A stretch of DNA of 64,000 bases from positions 457,312 through 521,311 of the forward strand of contig BCKQ01000012.1 of the NCBI GenBank assembly GCA_001600695.1, in the 5' to 3' direction. The stretch comes from Ascoidea asiatica JCM 7603. Its lineage: Eukaryota > Fungi > Ascomycota. Positions 11,197 to 23,744 of this stretch are shown here, in pieces. The notes beneath the pieces were generated by a model. That model did not search any database, was not told where the DNA came from, and was given only the letters and a program-made list of their open reading frames with translations. The first letter of the stretch is position 1, and every line of letters begins with the position of its first letter. Both the position numbers and the translations under genes were made by a program.

Positions 11197-12243
11197 TTAT
11201 TCTTTTGAAGTCATTGGTAAAACATTATTTCTTTGTTCATTTGCTTTTTGTTTTTGTTTTGCAACAGCATAAACTAAACCTGCAGAAAAACCTAAGAAAA
11301 TAGAAGAAACAGATAAGAAATTAACTGAAGCATCAAAAAATATTAAACCAGATAAAGCAATTGGTAATTTATTTAAAGCACCAACCATTGAATAAGTTGT
11401 TGAAGAAGTTACTCTTACACACCATGCAGAACAATAAGAAATACCAACAGAAGCTAAACCAGAAAAAATCATTGAAATAATTATTGAATTTTTTTGATCT
11501 TCAGGAAAATTTAATAATAAATTTTCTTTTGACCAATCTTCAATTAAAATTGTTGAAATTATTAAAATTGGAATTGATAATAAATTATTATAAAACATAG
11601 TATCAAAATCTTTAAAATTTGTTAATTTAATTCTTTTTCTCATATAAAGTACAAAAGTTGCACTTGCAAAACAATTTGAAAACATCCAATAATAACCTAA
11701 ATTTAAACCAAAAATTGATAAAGAATTTGAAATTGGATTACCATTAATATCTAATTCAATTGTATCAGAATTTGAAATACTACGTTTATCATCACCTAAA
11801 GCTGCAACAACAGATGATAAAACCATTAAAATAAATGAAGATAATGACATTGAAGTTACTTTACCACCAAACCAAAGTACTTCACCATAAGCAATTAAAA
11901 TTATTGTTAAATTTTTAAAAATTGTATAAATTGGAATTGAAAGATATTGAATTGCTTTTGAAGAAGTATAAATCATTAAAACTAATAATAAAGAAATTGG
12001 AAACCAATTTTTTGCTTCTTGATAATTAAATTCTCTATAATTTATTAATTTAAAAGTTTTTAAAAAAAATATCATTAATATACAAACAATTGATTGTATT
12101 GCTAATAATAAGAAATTTAAATTATAATTTGGATTACCAGATAAAACATATTTATTTGTTAAAGTCATTAAAATTGAAGAAAAACAATAACATGCTATGG
12201 AAACAGGTCCTGAATTAACAACAGAAGATAATTTTTTCTCCAT
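11197..12243 (-). CDS. VRG4: Golgi GDP-mannose transporter
   Basis: [49 protein letters not shown] (GALNK motif). Confidence 0.96.
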   Translation of the reverse strand: MEKKLSSVVNSGPVSIACYCFSSILMTLTNKYVLSGNPNYNLNFLLLAIQSIVCILMIFFLKTFKLINYREFNYQEAKNWFPISLLLVLMIYTSSKAIQYLSIPIYTIFKNLTIILIAYGEVLWFGGKVTSMSLSSFILMVLSSVVAALGDDKRSISNSDTIELDINGNPISNSLSIFGLNLGYYWMFSNCFASATFVLYMRKRIKLTNFKDFDTMFYNNLLSIPILIISTILIEDWSKENLLLNFPEDQKNSIIISMIFSGLASVGISYCSAWCVRVTSSTTYSMVGALNKLPIALSGLIFFDASVNFLSVSSIFLGFSAGLVYAVAKQKQKANEQRNNVLPMTSKE

Positions 12244-12892
12244 TTTTATAAATTATATATGAAATATTTTAGATTAATGGATGGAATGGATAAATGAAGT
12301 TGATAATATGAAAAAATAATGTAAGATAGAATATATTTATATTATATATATTATATTATATTATATATATATATATCTTTATATATATAAATTTATATAT
12401 GTGTATATTTATATATGAATATTGATATGGATATTAATAAAGGATATTAATAAAGGATATTGGATATTGGATATATAAATATTAATATTAAATATAAGAA
12501 AATTCAGTACTTTGTAAAAGTATTTATATATATATTTAATCTTGATATTTTTCAATAGATAAAATAGTTAGTTAGTTATCTTTGAAGTATTTGGAGTATT
12601 TTTGATAAATTTCTTATTTTTGATTATTTTTGAATATTTTTGATTATTTTTGAATATTTTTGATATTTTTGATATTTTTAGCATTTTTAGTATGTTTTCA
12701 GTATTTTTGATGTGGATGAGGTGGTTACAACTGTTAAGTATGGAAAAAGGCAGAAAAGAAACCAGAAAGCTGGCAATTTCACTGCTATTTCAGCGCAGAA
12801 GTTAGTTTGTCCACCAGGGCCACCGCGGTGGTAGCGCGCGGAGCAGCAGCACCCGCATATCTGGTTTGCGGAACTGGGATTTAGGTGTTGAT

Positions 12893-13042
12893 TGTAGTTC
12901 GAACGAAATATCTAATTATTACTAAGAAGATATCTAATTCAAATTATAAACAATTGTTAATTAAAATATAAAATATATAAAAATTATATAAAAAATATGG
13001 GAGGTAAGTGCCCAATTTATATTAGTGGAAAATAGGAGCGGG
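12893..13042 (+). mobile_element. Truncated LTR fragment, same family as 47348-47612
   Basis: About 150 bp collinear with 47348-47495 (TGTAGTTCGAAC.AAATATCTAATTATTA.TAAG.AGATATCTAATTCAAATTATAA...ATTAGTGGAAA). Confidence 0.7.
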
Positions 13043-13470
13043 CACCCACGCTCTCTACCCAGACAGCTGGAAGTGGAAGATAAGCGCGGAAGAGGGAATG
13101 CTGCCAGCCACACACTGGTTTGGAACACAGGTAAGCCCTGTTTCAATGGGAACCACCAACGCGCCGAGCAGTGTTAGCCGCAGAGATAATGCATGTGCCT
13201 TTCTCTGTCTCTACAACTGGAGGGTTACCCGCGTGCACCTTTTTTCCCTGGCATTCTCCTTCTTTTTTGCTTTTCTCTTTTCTCTTTTCTCTTTTCTTCT
13301 TTTGCTTTTGCTTTTGCTGTTGCTTTTGCTTTTTTTTCATTTCGCGTTTCGTGTCTCACTCGCCACTATCACACTTGCCACAACGAGGAGGTAAATTTTT
13401 AAAAAGGAAATGTTTAATTTTGATTTCCGGTTTAAACTCGGTCATTCCGGCGATGTTCCGGGGGTGTTTG

Positions 13471-13535
13471 AAATAAAATAAAATAAAATAAAATAAAATA
13501 AAATAAAATAAAATAAAATAAAATAAAATAAAATA
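13471..13535. repeat. (AAAAT)n microsatellite
   Basis: About 13 perfect pentamer units. Confidence 0.9.
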
Positions 13536-13778
13536 ATAAATAAATAAAAAATATCAATTTCAATGTCAATATCAATATCAAATCAATTAGATAAGAAAGA
13601 TCTATAGGAAAGATCTATTAATATAAAATATAATATCATTCAAAGAAAAGTAATAAGCTAAAAGATTCTTATTATTCCTTTTTAGTTACTTTATTCATTA
13701 AATTCCCCAATATTCCGATATTCTATACTATTTCATCATTTTATTCAATTTCAAAAAAAATCAATCAATCATTTAAAA

Positions 13779-14777
13779 ATGAGTGAAATTTCAAATAATA
13801 TTGAAATAAATAAAAATATTCATAATGACAATAATGATAATGATGATAATATAGAAAATGAAAGAAATTCTTTAATTAAATCTCAAGAAGTTGAAAAAAA
13901 TCAATTATTAATTCAAATTAAAGATTTAAAAAAATCTATAACTAAAAAAAATAAAAAAATTATTTTAAATCAATGTAATCAATTAAAACAAAAATTATCA
14001 CTTAATCATAAAAATCAATTAAATGATTTTTATAAAAAATATAATATTAATGAATCTAATATAAATATACCTGAAATTACTTCAACTTCAACTTCAACTT
14101 CAACTGAAATTAAAAAAAAAAGAAATAGACAAAAAGAAAAATTAATTAAAAGACAAGAAAAAATAAATGAAATTAAAAAAAATGCTGAATTAGAATATCA
14201 AAATGATTTAAAAAATAATAAAATTGAAATTGAAAATAAAAAATTAATTGAATTTGAAAATTTTAATAAAATTTATAATAAATTTAATTTAAAACCATTT
14301 AAAATTATTCAAGATGGTAATTGTTTATTTAATTCAATATCTCATCAAATTTTTATAAATTATAATTTAAATTATAATAATTTCAAATTACGTCAAATTT
14401 CTTCAAATCAAATTAAAAAAAATTATGAAAAATATTTACCATATTTAATTAATAATAATTTAAAAAATTATTGTAATGAAATTTTAAAAAATTTAAAATG
14501 GGGTAGTGATTTAGAAGCTGTTGCAATTAGTGATTATTTAAAAATTCCAATAACTATATTTATTTCAAATGGTAATCCAATTAAAATTAATCATAATTTT
14601 AAAGATTTTGATAATAAAATTGATTTAAAAATTGGTTTTTATAATTATATTTATGATGCTTTACCCCATTATAATTCTTTAATATCTATAAATAATGATC
14701 AAAATAATGACAATAATAATGACAATAATAATGATCAAAATATTGATAATAATAATGAAATTGAATCTACTTTTTAA
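13779..14777 (+). CDS. OTU2: OTU-domain deubiquitinase, Otu2-like
   Basis: N-terminal coiled coil (KKKRNRQKEKL); catalytic motifs DGNCLF, WGSDLE and HYNSL. Confidence 0.85.
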   Translation: MSEISNNIEINKNIHNDNNDNDDNIENERNSLIKSQEVEKNQLLIQIKDLKKSITKKNKKIILNQCNQLKQKLSLNHKNQLNDFYKKYNINESNINIPEITSTSTSTSTEIKKKRNRQKEKLIKRQEKINEIKKNAELEYQNDLKNNKIEIENKKLIEFENFNKIYNKFNLKPFKIIQDGNCLFNSISHQIFINYNLNYNNFKLRQISSNQIKKNYEKYLPYLINNNLKNYCNEILKNLKWGSDLEAVAISDYLKIPITIFISNGNPIKINHNFKDFDNKIDLKIGFYNYIYDALPHYNSLISINNDQNNDNNNDNNNDQNIDNNNEIESTF

Positions 14778-15440
14778 ATTTATATATATATAATGTATAT
14801 ATTACACTTATTGTACTGATTAATTTATAATATTCTACATTGCCTCGTATTTTACACATTTACTTCAAAAAGTCTTTAAATATTCACATATTCACATATT
14901 CACATAATTTAGTGTTTTTGTAATTAAGTTTGATCTTGTAGGACCCTTTAATTTTCCAAGCTAAGCCACATTATTGAAATTAATAATTTAAATAATAATT
15001 AAAGGGTTGAAAGGGTAAAAAAGCTAAAAGAAATTCAAAAATAAAGCAGCACTTTATAACAAAATATAAAATTATTTAAATAGTAGCATATTCTAATTAC
15101 CTTTAACTGCTTTTTTTATAAACACTAATTCAATTTTTTATTTACTTTATTTGAGGCAAATTTATGGAATTTGATTAAAAAGCCAAGACACTAAATTTCA
15201 CCCAATTAATTTTATCAATTTTATTTATTCAATCAATAACAAATATAAATATCTAATATGAATATCTAATTTGATGAAATACATTGCTTTATTATTGTAG
15301 TTGCAATTTTTTCTTATTATTTTCATTTATAAATATTAAAATAATATAAATATGAGTTAAAATTCATTTATTAAAATGTTTACTTTTCAATTTTAAAAAC
15401 TCATTATATAAAATTTGAATTATAAATAATTTCATCAAAA

Positions 15441-16883
15441 ATGTTTTTTAAAAATCAATTTATAAAATTTTTCATATTCTTTATCTTTTTTAATAGAATT
15501 TATTGTGGAATATTACCAATTAAAAAAGAATTAAATGAACGTTTATCACTTTTAACACTTACTTCAGATTCAACTTCAACTTCAACTTCAAATACAAATA
15601 CATTATCTGTAACTACAAGTATTAAAGCAACACCAAAAGCATTACTTAAAACTTCATCATCTTCTTTAACAATTTCAAATTTAATTCCTTCTTCAACTTC
15701 ATCTTCAACTTCAGAATTATTATTATCATGTCAAAATTCAAATAATGAAATTTGTTTAAAAGCAAATTCAATTTCAAATTCTTCAATTTGTTCAAGAAAA
15801 AATTCAACAATTGAAGCTTTAAAATGTTTATGTGAAATTTTATCAATTAAAGATTATTGGAATTATTTATATGAATGTTATAATTGTAATTCAAATAATG
15901 AAATTTTAAATATTAATGAAACTTTAGTTAATTCATTTAAAGAAGGATTTTGTGATTATATTAATGAAGTACCAGAAAAAACAATAACTTCAGTTTATGT
16001 AACAAAAACAATTTTTACATTAAAATCAACATTATCAACATTATCAACATTATCAACATATTCAAATTTAAATTCAAAGTTAATTGAATCATCATTAATG
16101 AAAATTTCTTCAATTCCAATTACAACTGAATATACAGAAACTTTAATAAATATTATTCCAATATATTCAACAGAAACAAATATAAATTCTCTTGAATCAC
16201 AAAATTTACCAATATCATATAGATCACCAAATTTATCAATTTATAAATATATTTCTTCAAATACTTTTAATTCTAATAGTATTGGTAAAAGACAAAATAA
16301 TTTTAATTTAAATAATGAACTTGATTCTCTTTTAAGTTCAGATTTAGATTCAGATTCAATTCTAGATTCTGATTCAATTCTAGATTCAGATTCAAAGTCA
16401 GATGAAAATAATGATAAAGAGGGTAATTCAAATGAGAATAATGATAAAGATGAAACAGAAGTTGAAGTTGAAGATTATGGAGAAGATAATAGTGATAATA
16501 TTGAAGATGACACAATTAATGATGATGACGATAATGATAATGATGATGATGATAATGAGGATGATATTGATGATATACAAATAAGTAATTCTACAATATC
16601 AACAAATCAATCGAATTTAAATGATAATACTGATAGTAGTGATGGTAGTGATAGTATTGTGAATAATGATAATACAACTAATGATGAAGAGAGTGATGGA
16701 AGTGATTCTTCCAGTTCTGGAACGAATGCTAATGCAGATTCAGATAGTGATAGTGATACAAAGAGTAGTACTAATAGTGATACTAATAGTGAAGCACAAT
16801 CAGATAATTCAAATATTGTTAGTATTTCCATCAAGAGTATATTCTGTATTATTGGAATCAATATAATTTTTCTTTTATTATAA
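15441..16883 (+). CDS. Secreted/GPI-anchored cell-surface protein with 8-Cys domain and acidic stalk
   Basis: Signal peptide, S/T-rich segments, Cys cluster (C..C..C..CLC..CYNC..C), D/E/N-rich stalk, hydrophobic C-terminus. Confidence 0.75.
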   Translation: MFFKNQFIKFFIFFIFFNRIYCGILPIKKELNERLSLLTLTSDSTSTSTSNTNTLSVTTSIKATPKALLKTSSSSLTISNLIPSSTSSSTSELLLSCQNSNNEICLKANSISNSSICSRKNSTIEALKCLCEILSIKDYWNYLYECYNCNSNNEILNINETLVNSFKEGFCDYINEVPEKTITSVYVTKTIFTLKSTLSTLSTLSTYSNLNSKLIESSLMKISSIPITTEYTETLINIIPIYSTETNINSLESQNLPISYRSPNLSIYKYISSNTFNSNSIGKRQNNFNLNNELDSLLSSDLDSDSILDSDSILDSDSKSDENNDKEGNSNENNDKDETEVEVEDYGEDNSDNIEDDTINDDDDNDNDDDDNEDDIDDIQISNSTISTNQSNLNDNTDSSDGSDSIVNNDNTTNDEESDGSDSSSSGTNANADSDSDSDTKSSTNSDTNSEAQSDNSNIVSISIKSIFCIIGINIIFLLL

Positions 16884-19160
16884 TTAAGAAATATAGGAAT
16901 TATTGATTCTCAATGATTTACTTATATATTTATTTATAATGTATAATTATATAAAATCAAGAGTGGCACAATATCCAAAATTTAATATATACCTAAGAAA
17001 TAAACAATCTTTGGAAACAATTCTTTTGTTTCTCTTTACTGAGAATGATTCCACTGATGAAGATATTGCAAGATTGAACAGAAAAGAATCTGCAGTGGCA
17101 AAGGAAGATGCAACGTCAACGCCAGCACGATTCAAACAGAAAAAAGAGACAAGCCACGCGCTGCGCCTCTGCTGCTCCACTGCACACCGTAAACGGAAGC
17201 CACTCTATACCAGCCACACCTAGCCAAACCTGCTTTAATCAACAATCAACAATAAACAACAACACTTTACACAATCTTAGCAGAAACACAACAATCTCTA
17301 CAATATTCAAAAGCTGAGAATGAGAAGAAGTGAGCTGTTGAAGGAAACTAGCAAAAGTCTCACAAGCAGCAGATGAACTTCGAAAAGGATGTTGTTCAGG
17401 TTAGAATATTTTCACACTGCCTGAATTAAAGTCTCTTAAATGTTCTTCAAGGGGCCTGTGATTCACTTCTTCTTGGATTTAAAAGCTCAAATTTATACCA
17501 ACCTTGACAATATTCAAGATTTAACTCCATCTTTCTACATTATTTATCTATCTTTACCACTCAAAACCACAAATGTGGTCTCTACTCGCCGGCTATAAAG
17601 GCACAGAACTATTATAACCACCTATTTTTCACCTTCATTGGACTTCTAAGAAGATATATTTATTTATTATATTTTTTAGGAATTTCATTTTTGAATGCCT
17701 CAAAATATTATTTCACAACATTTAAAAATTGAAATTGTTTTCAAAATGTTATTAGATTACTTGAATTGAATTGAATTGAATTGAATTAAACACTTTCTAG
17801 AACAGAATGTTATTGAATTGAAATATTTTGAAAAATTTGATATAAATATGAAGATTAATCACCTTTCTTTTTTCACATAATCTTTATAATTTCTTTCATT
17901 GAATATTATTTAATTATTCTCAAAGATGTAGTGACTCTAAAATTGAACAAAAAATCGTACCCCATATAATGTAAGCTAAATTTAAATTTAAACTAATAAC
18001 CACTTTAAAGTATATCATTTATAATCATTTATAATTAAATATAATGATGAATCAACCAAGACAAAATTTCAATAATCATTTCAATCCCAATATTAGAAAA
18101 AGAAAAAAAAATATTTTTTCTATTTTCTATGATTTTAAAATTGCTCACTGAATTTAATTTTAGTGAAATTTCAATATAATAACCATACTTTTAATCTAAA
18201 TCATTTCAACATATTTCATAACTAACAATATTTTTTTCAATTAATTACAAAGATTTATAAAATTTTCAATAAAAATTATTAATATCAAATTTGGAAAACA
18301 CGAAATTCTGCACCGTGGTGTATGTATGCGGGTCAGGATTTTTTTTTTTTTTTTCGGTGTTTTAAAATGAATCAAAATTTTAATAAATTTAATTAATTTT
18401 AAAACTGTGAAAAGAAATCAAAAAAAAAAAAAAACATTGAAAAGTAAAAAGAAAAAGTATTTTTAGAGTAAATTAATTGAATGAACAAATCAGATTATAA
18501 TTGATTGTTTCTATTATGACTTAAATTTTTCACAATTATTTTATAATTCTAATAAATATCTTTTAAAAGTTTTAAACCGAGGTTTTTTTTTTCTATGAAC
18601 TATTATTCCGCAATACAGTATAATGAAACCAAACGCGGAACAATGCAGTACATCTGTCAAAAATATTATCCTAAATCATGTAGTCAAATGCAAGTGGTTT
18701 TTAGAATAAGAAAAAAGAAAAGCAAAAAAAAGAAAGGGTTTTAAAAAAAGTTTTAGAAAAAAATTATAGATATAATTAAAGCTAAAATTGTAATCATAAC
18801 TACTATTCTATTTGATATATTCATAAGAAATTGACACTTTATATCATGGAATTTATAAAAAGTATATATAAAAAACAATAAATTTATTTATATATCAATT
18901 CAATTATGATTTATCTGGTTTTTTGACGTTTTTAATTTAAAATTTTAAGAGTTTCTAAAAATTTTTAAAATTAATTAATTCATTCATCCTAAAAAAAAAA
19001 TGATATAAAATGGATAGTTTCACTTCTTTATTTTTTTAAACAATTTAATGAAAATTTTTAATTATCAACACTTTCATTATTATTAGTGTGATTAACCTTT
19101 AACAATTTATAATCAAGTCGAAAAACAATCTATTGAAGTATTATTTGTGAATTAGTAAAA

Positions 19161-20153
19161 ATGGATGAAATTGGTGAAATTGGTGAAATTGGTGAAGTTG
19201 ATGAAATGGAAGATGAAATGGAAGATGATGATTTAACCATTACTGCTCCAGCTTCTCCATCAATTTCATTATCTAATTCATTAATCTCATCTTTTTCTAT
19301 TGTTGAAACTCCTGATCAATTTGCTGATCAATGTAATTATGGTCTTAATAATAAATTTATCAATGCTCAACCTTTTGGTAATTCTTTACCTATTTTTTTA
19401 AGACTTTTTTCTGAATTTGCTACTCAAATCAAATCATATCGTTATTTTGGTAATACTATGATATTTGATGTTGCAATGTCAGAAGTAGAATTATTTAAAA
19501 ATAAAGTTCAATATCTTTTTAAAGAATTATTTTTTTTAGAAACAGGATTTATTAATTTTTCAGTTTGGAGACCAGATGCTTTTGATGATTTTGATTGTCA
19601 TACAATTTTCAATTTAGAAGGAAATATGTATAATGTTCATTTTCATTTTCAAAGAAAAGAATGTATTTCAATTATTCATTCGAATAATCAAAATATTCCT
19701 TTTCTTCCATTTAAAGTCTTACCTTTTGAGAATTTAACTAATTTAAGTTTAAAATCTATGCATTTATTTGAATTTCCTAATGCAATTTTATCTTTAAATT
19801 CTTTAAAAAATTTAGATTTAAGTAATAATCTTATTGAAACTATTCCAAATTTATTTAATTTAAATCATTTGAAAAAAATTTATTTATCTGAGAATATTAT
19901 TACTGCATTTCCTAATAGTTTTTTATTTAGTACTCCAGATTTAGAAAATATTGATTTATCAAATAATTGTATTAAAGAATTAATTATTCCTGGAAATTTT
20001 TTCAACTTAAACACTAATTCTGAAGCAGAATTTGGTTTTAATAATTTAAAAAAATTAATTTTAAAAAATAATATTTTACCTAAAGCTGATTTTGCATTAT
20101 ATGAAGAACAATTTAAGCTAATTTTTCCAGAAGGAGATTTAAGATTATATTAA
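19161..20153 (+). CDS. Leucine-rich repeat protein
   Basis: LxxLxLxxNxL repeats (LKNLDLSNNLI, LKKIYLSENII, LENIDLSNNCI, LKKLILKNNIL). Confidence 0.8.
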   Translation: MDEIGEIGEIGEVDEMEDEMEDDDLTITAPASPSISLSNSLISSFSIVETPDQFADQCNYGLNNKFINAQPFGNSLPIFLRLFSEFATQIKSYRYFGNTMIFDVAMSEVELFKNKVQYLFKELFFLETGFINFSVWRPDAFDDFDCHTIFNLEGNMYNVHFHFQRKECISIIHSNNQNIPFLPFKVLPFENLTNLSLKSMHLFEFPNAILSLNSLKNLDLSNNLIETIPNLFNLNHLKKIYLSENIITAFPNSFLFSTPDLENIDLSNNCIKELIIPGNFFNLNTNSEAEFGFNNLKKLILKNNILPKADFALYEEQFKLIFPEGDLRLY

Positions 20154-20702
20154 AATTTGAAAATAAAGAAATTATAAATTTTTGAATTAATGATTATTGA
20201 TAATTTGTTAAATATTATATAAAAACCCCTTACTTATAAGATAAAATTGTGATTAAATATTTCTAAGAAAAATTTCTAATTTTCCTTTATATATTTTTCT
20301 TACATTTATTTTATTTTATCTTTATAATTATTTGAAATAACCTTTTTATATAATATTAATAAACAAATATCTTTTAAATTCCTTTACAAATGTAATATTT
20401 TTGTTTGCCATATAAAATGAGATAACTAGTCTATTTTGAAGACACAATTTCTATTTTACTATTATATTCTAGCCTACATTCATCAATTAACAATTCCAGG
20501 AGTTTGATTTTGCAAGAGAATTAGATTCTCTTTCATATATACTTACTAGTTATCGATCTATGAAAGCAATCATTATTCAATTTCTATTTACTGAGCAAAG
20601 TCGATTAAATATGAAATATAAGAGAAAGAAAAAAGTGATACCTTTTTTTGAATTTGCCACTAAAGACTGAATTTTCATTTATTCGTTTACAAAACAAATC
20701 AA

Positions 20703-20748
20703 CGGAGAAATCTCCGGGGGAGAAGAAGCCTTTTTCTTCTTATCTCCG
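20703..20748. promoter_or_regulatory. Candidate Zn2Cys6 binding site upstream of GLO1
   Basis: Perfect inverted repeat CGGAGA-AA-TCTCCG at 20703-20716 plus a further ATCTCCG half-site at ~20742-20748. Confidence 0.4.
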
Positions 20749-20945
20749 GCACTGAAGAAATCTCGTCAGGGCAAAAATTATTCTCGTATGAAGACTTTGA
20801 ATAAAGGAATAAAAAAAAAAGATATAAAACAAGGAGGAAAGAACTGATTAAATGTGAGAGTGAAAGTAAGAGAGGTTTACTTGAGTTCTTTGCTTATGTT
20901 AAAAGCCAGATCAGAAAGTAGTAAATATACAATAAATACTTAATA

Positions 20946-21902
20946 ATGGCACCTATTTTTAATCATACTTGCATTCATATCAAAGATCCAAAAGTTTCAA
21001 TTGAGTTTTATGAAAAAAACTTTGGATTAAAATTACTTAGAACTTTCAAGATTCCAGAATGTGAATTTAATTTATATCAACTTGGTTATAATAGAAGTGA
21101 ATTAAAAGGGTTTAATAAAAATTGGGCAGAAAAGGAAGGTATAATTGAATTAACTCATTGTTATAATTTTAAAAATGAAGATAATAATTTAAAACCAGAA
21201 CCATATAGAGGTTTTATTCATCTTTGTTTTTCAGTTGATAATTTAATTGAAAGTGAAAAAAATTTAATAAAAAATGGAGTTATTTTTAGGAAAAAATTAA
21301 ATGAAGGATCACCAAATTGTATTTTATTTATCTTAGATCCAGATGGATATTGGATTGAATTAATTCAAAATAGTAAAATTAATAAATTTGAAGAATTAAA
21401 ATTAATTAAAAATCCAAGTATTAATCCATCATTAAATTATTTATTTAATCATACAATGATTAGAATTAAAGATCCTAAGATTACTATTGAATTTTATTCA
21501 AAAATATTTGGATTTAAATTATTATCAATGAAGAAAAAACCAGAAAATAATTTTGATTTATATTTTTTAGGATATAATTCAGAAAATTTTCAATTACCTT
21601 TAACTGATGAACAACAAACAAATAAACAATCAATGATTGAATTAACTCATGAATATGGTAGTGAATTGGATTCAAATTTTAAAGTTTATCATAAACCTCA
21701 AGGTTATGGACATATTTGTGTATCCTTTGATAATGTTAAAGAATTTTGTGAGAATATTGAAAAAAATTATCCAGAAGTTAAATGGTCAGTTAAATTTAAT
21801 CAAGCACCAATTGCAAATATTGCATTTATGGAAGATCCTGATGGACATATTATTGAACTTATTCCAAAAACATTATTTCAATTAGATAATAAAAGTTTAT
21901 AA
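20946..21902 (+). CDS. GLO1: Glyoxalase I (lactoylglutathione lyase), two-domain fungal type
   Basis: FNHTC.HIKDP / FNHTMIRIKDP, IELTH twice, GYGHICVS, DPDGYWIELI / DPDGHIIELI. Confidence 0.9.
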   Translation: MAPIFNHTCIHIKDPKVSIEFYEKNFGLKLLRTFKIPECEFNLYQLGYNRSELKGFNKNWAEKEGIIELTHCYNFKNEDNNLKPEPYRGFIHLCFSVDNLIESEKNLIKNGVIFRKKLNEGSPNCILFILDPDGYWIELIQNSKINKFEELKLIKNPSINPSLNYLFNHTMIRIKDPKITIEFYSKIFGFKLLSMKKKPENNFDLYFLGYNSENFQLPLTDEQQTNKQSMIELTHEYGSELDSNFKVYHKPQGYGHICVSFDNVKEFCENIEKNYPEVKWSVKFNQAPIANIAFMEDPDGHIIELIPKTLFQLDNKSL

Positions 21903-22052
21903 TGACTTTTACTTGTTACAAAAAAAGACATAACTACATTTAATAATTTTAAGACTTTTAAGACATTTTTTTATTTACTTGTTCATTTATTTAACCTCCT
22001 ATTTAATAAACAATGCTAAAAATTATAAAATGTATTTTGTTAATTAATTAAA

Positions 22053-22466
22053 TTATAAAGCACTTAGTATTAAAACATTTACAAGAACCACTAGAATCAT
22101 ACTATTCATTAAAATAAAATTTGATTTCAATTGAATTCCAAAGAAATTCTTAGAAGCTGAAGAGTCATATGTTGATGTTGAAGAAGAAGAAGTTGTCAGA
22201 TTTGAAGAATTTGAAGAATTAGAATATGATGAACTTGAAGAAGAATAAAATTGAATAAAAGAATATAATGCATCTCTTTTTTTTAAATTCAATTTTTCAA
22301 TTGGAGAATTTATTAAAGTTATAACATCAGTTTCTTTTGGATAATTAGATTTTTTTAATGATAATTTTGAAGATATGATTTGTGTATTATATGTGCAAAG
22401 TATTAAATTTGGAAATATTATTAAAGAAATTAAGAATAATTTTATAAATTGATTTGAATTAAACAT
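22053..22466 (-). CDS. Small secreted/GPI-anchored Ser-rich protein
   Basis: Signal peptide, KKR dibasic site, Ser-rich tract, hydrophobic C-terminus. Confidence 0.65.
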   Translation of the reverse strand: MFNSNQFIKLFLISLIIFPNLILCTYNTQIISSKLSLKKSNYPKETDVITLINSPIEKLNLKKRDALYSFIQFYSSSSSSYSNSSNSSNLTTSSSSTSTYDSSASKNFFGIQLKSNFILMNSMILVVLVNVLILSAL

Positions 22467-23131
22467 TTTTGGTAATATTTCACAAATTAGAATTTATTTA
22501 ATTGATTTGATTAAAATTTATTTAATTGAATTACTATTTGGATAATGATTAAAGAAAAAGTTAAAAAAAAAAAAAGTAATTCAAAAATCAAAGAGATTAA
22601 GCAATATTTATAAATCATTGTTTAATGATCAAATTATGAAAGTAATGCAGTTTTAATTACAATATTTACAATATTTCCCAGAGAAGAACATTGCCTTGAT
22701 TTACTTTATTTAAAAGAGAAGAATAAATAAACAATTAATAGGTAATTGTAATTAAATAATTTTTCTTCTTAATTGAAGCTTGTTTGATCCTATTATTAAA
22801 CAGTTTTAAATATTTATTACTCCAAAGAAGAGTTTATTTATGAATAGCTATTTTCATTTCCATTTCCACTAATGCCCTCCACGGGATATGAAATGGAATC
22901 AAAGTCTCTTTTGAACTGCTTCGCCTGCTGCTGAGGAGTAAGCCACGGAAACCGGCATCTAAGCCTGCATGAAAAGCATCACTAAACAGGACCATACCGC
23001 ACGAACACCGAAGAGACACCGATCAGTTGCCGGTCAATTTTTACCATTTCCAAGGAAAAAGCTGAAAAAAATAAAAAAAAAGCAGATAGTCATAATGTTA
23101 AAAGTACTGTTGAAGAAATAAATAAATTCTT

Positions 23132-23203
23132 GGCCGTGTGGTCTAGTGGTATGATTCCTGCTTTGGGTGCAGGAGGCCCTGGGTTCAATTCCCAGCTCGG
23201 CCC
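23132..23203 (+). tRNA. tRNA-Pro(UGG), intronless
   Basis: GGCCGTGTGGTCTAGTGGTATGATT CCTGC-TTTGGGT-GCAGG AGGCCCTGGGTTCAATTCCCAGCTCGGCCC followed by a T-run Pol III terminator. Confidence 0.96.
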
Positions 23204-23744
23204 TTTTTTTTTGCAATATGTTTTTACATATTGCAGTAATATTTTTTTGATCTTTAAGGATTTACATCATTTAAATTATTTTATTAATTATCAAAAGATA
23301 TGAACTATGTAACTAATCATTAAACACAAGATTTTATGTTAGTAGAATTAATGAAAATATATGAAAGTAAAGAAAAGAAAGTTTGATTCTGAAGTTTTAG
23401 TTACTTCAAAATGCAGAATTTAGGTATTTGTTTTAAAAAATTAAGAATCACAATTATAATTTTAAGTAAAATAGTATATAAGAATAAGTTTTGAATCAAA
23501 ATTTATTACATTATTTAATTAACTTGATTTATTATTTTGATTTATTATTAAATATGAAATAAATTTAAAATTAAAGAATACAATAATAATTGAAAATAGA
23601 ATAGATAATTTTATTTATATATTTAATGGAATTATAAATATGGTAAGTTATTCTATGGGTTTTAATTGAAAAAAACATTCTTTTATGTGAATGTTTCTAA
23701 TAAACAAGAAACTTTTTAAATATATACATATATAAAAAGTACAA

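Noticed and set aside
9364-13476. Short ORFs at 9364-9749 and 12961-13476
   Set aside because: They lie in GC-rich promoter islands or pyrimidine tracts, with non-host codon usage and no motifs.
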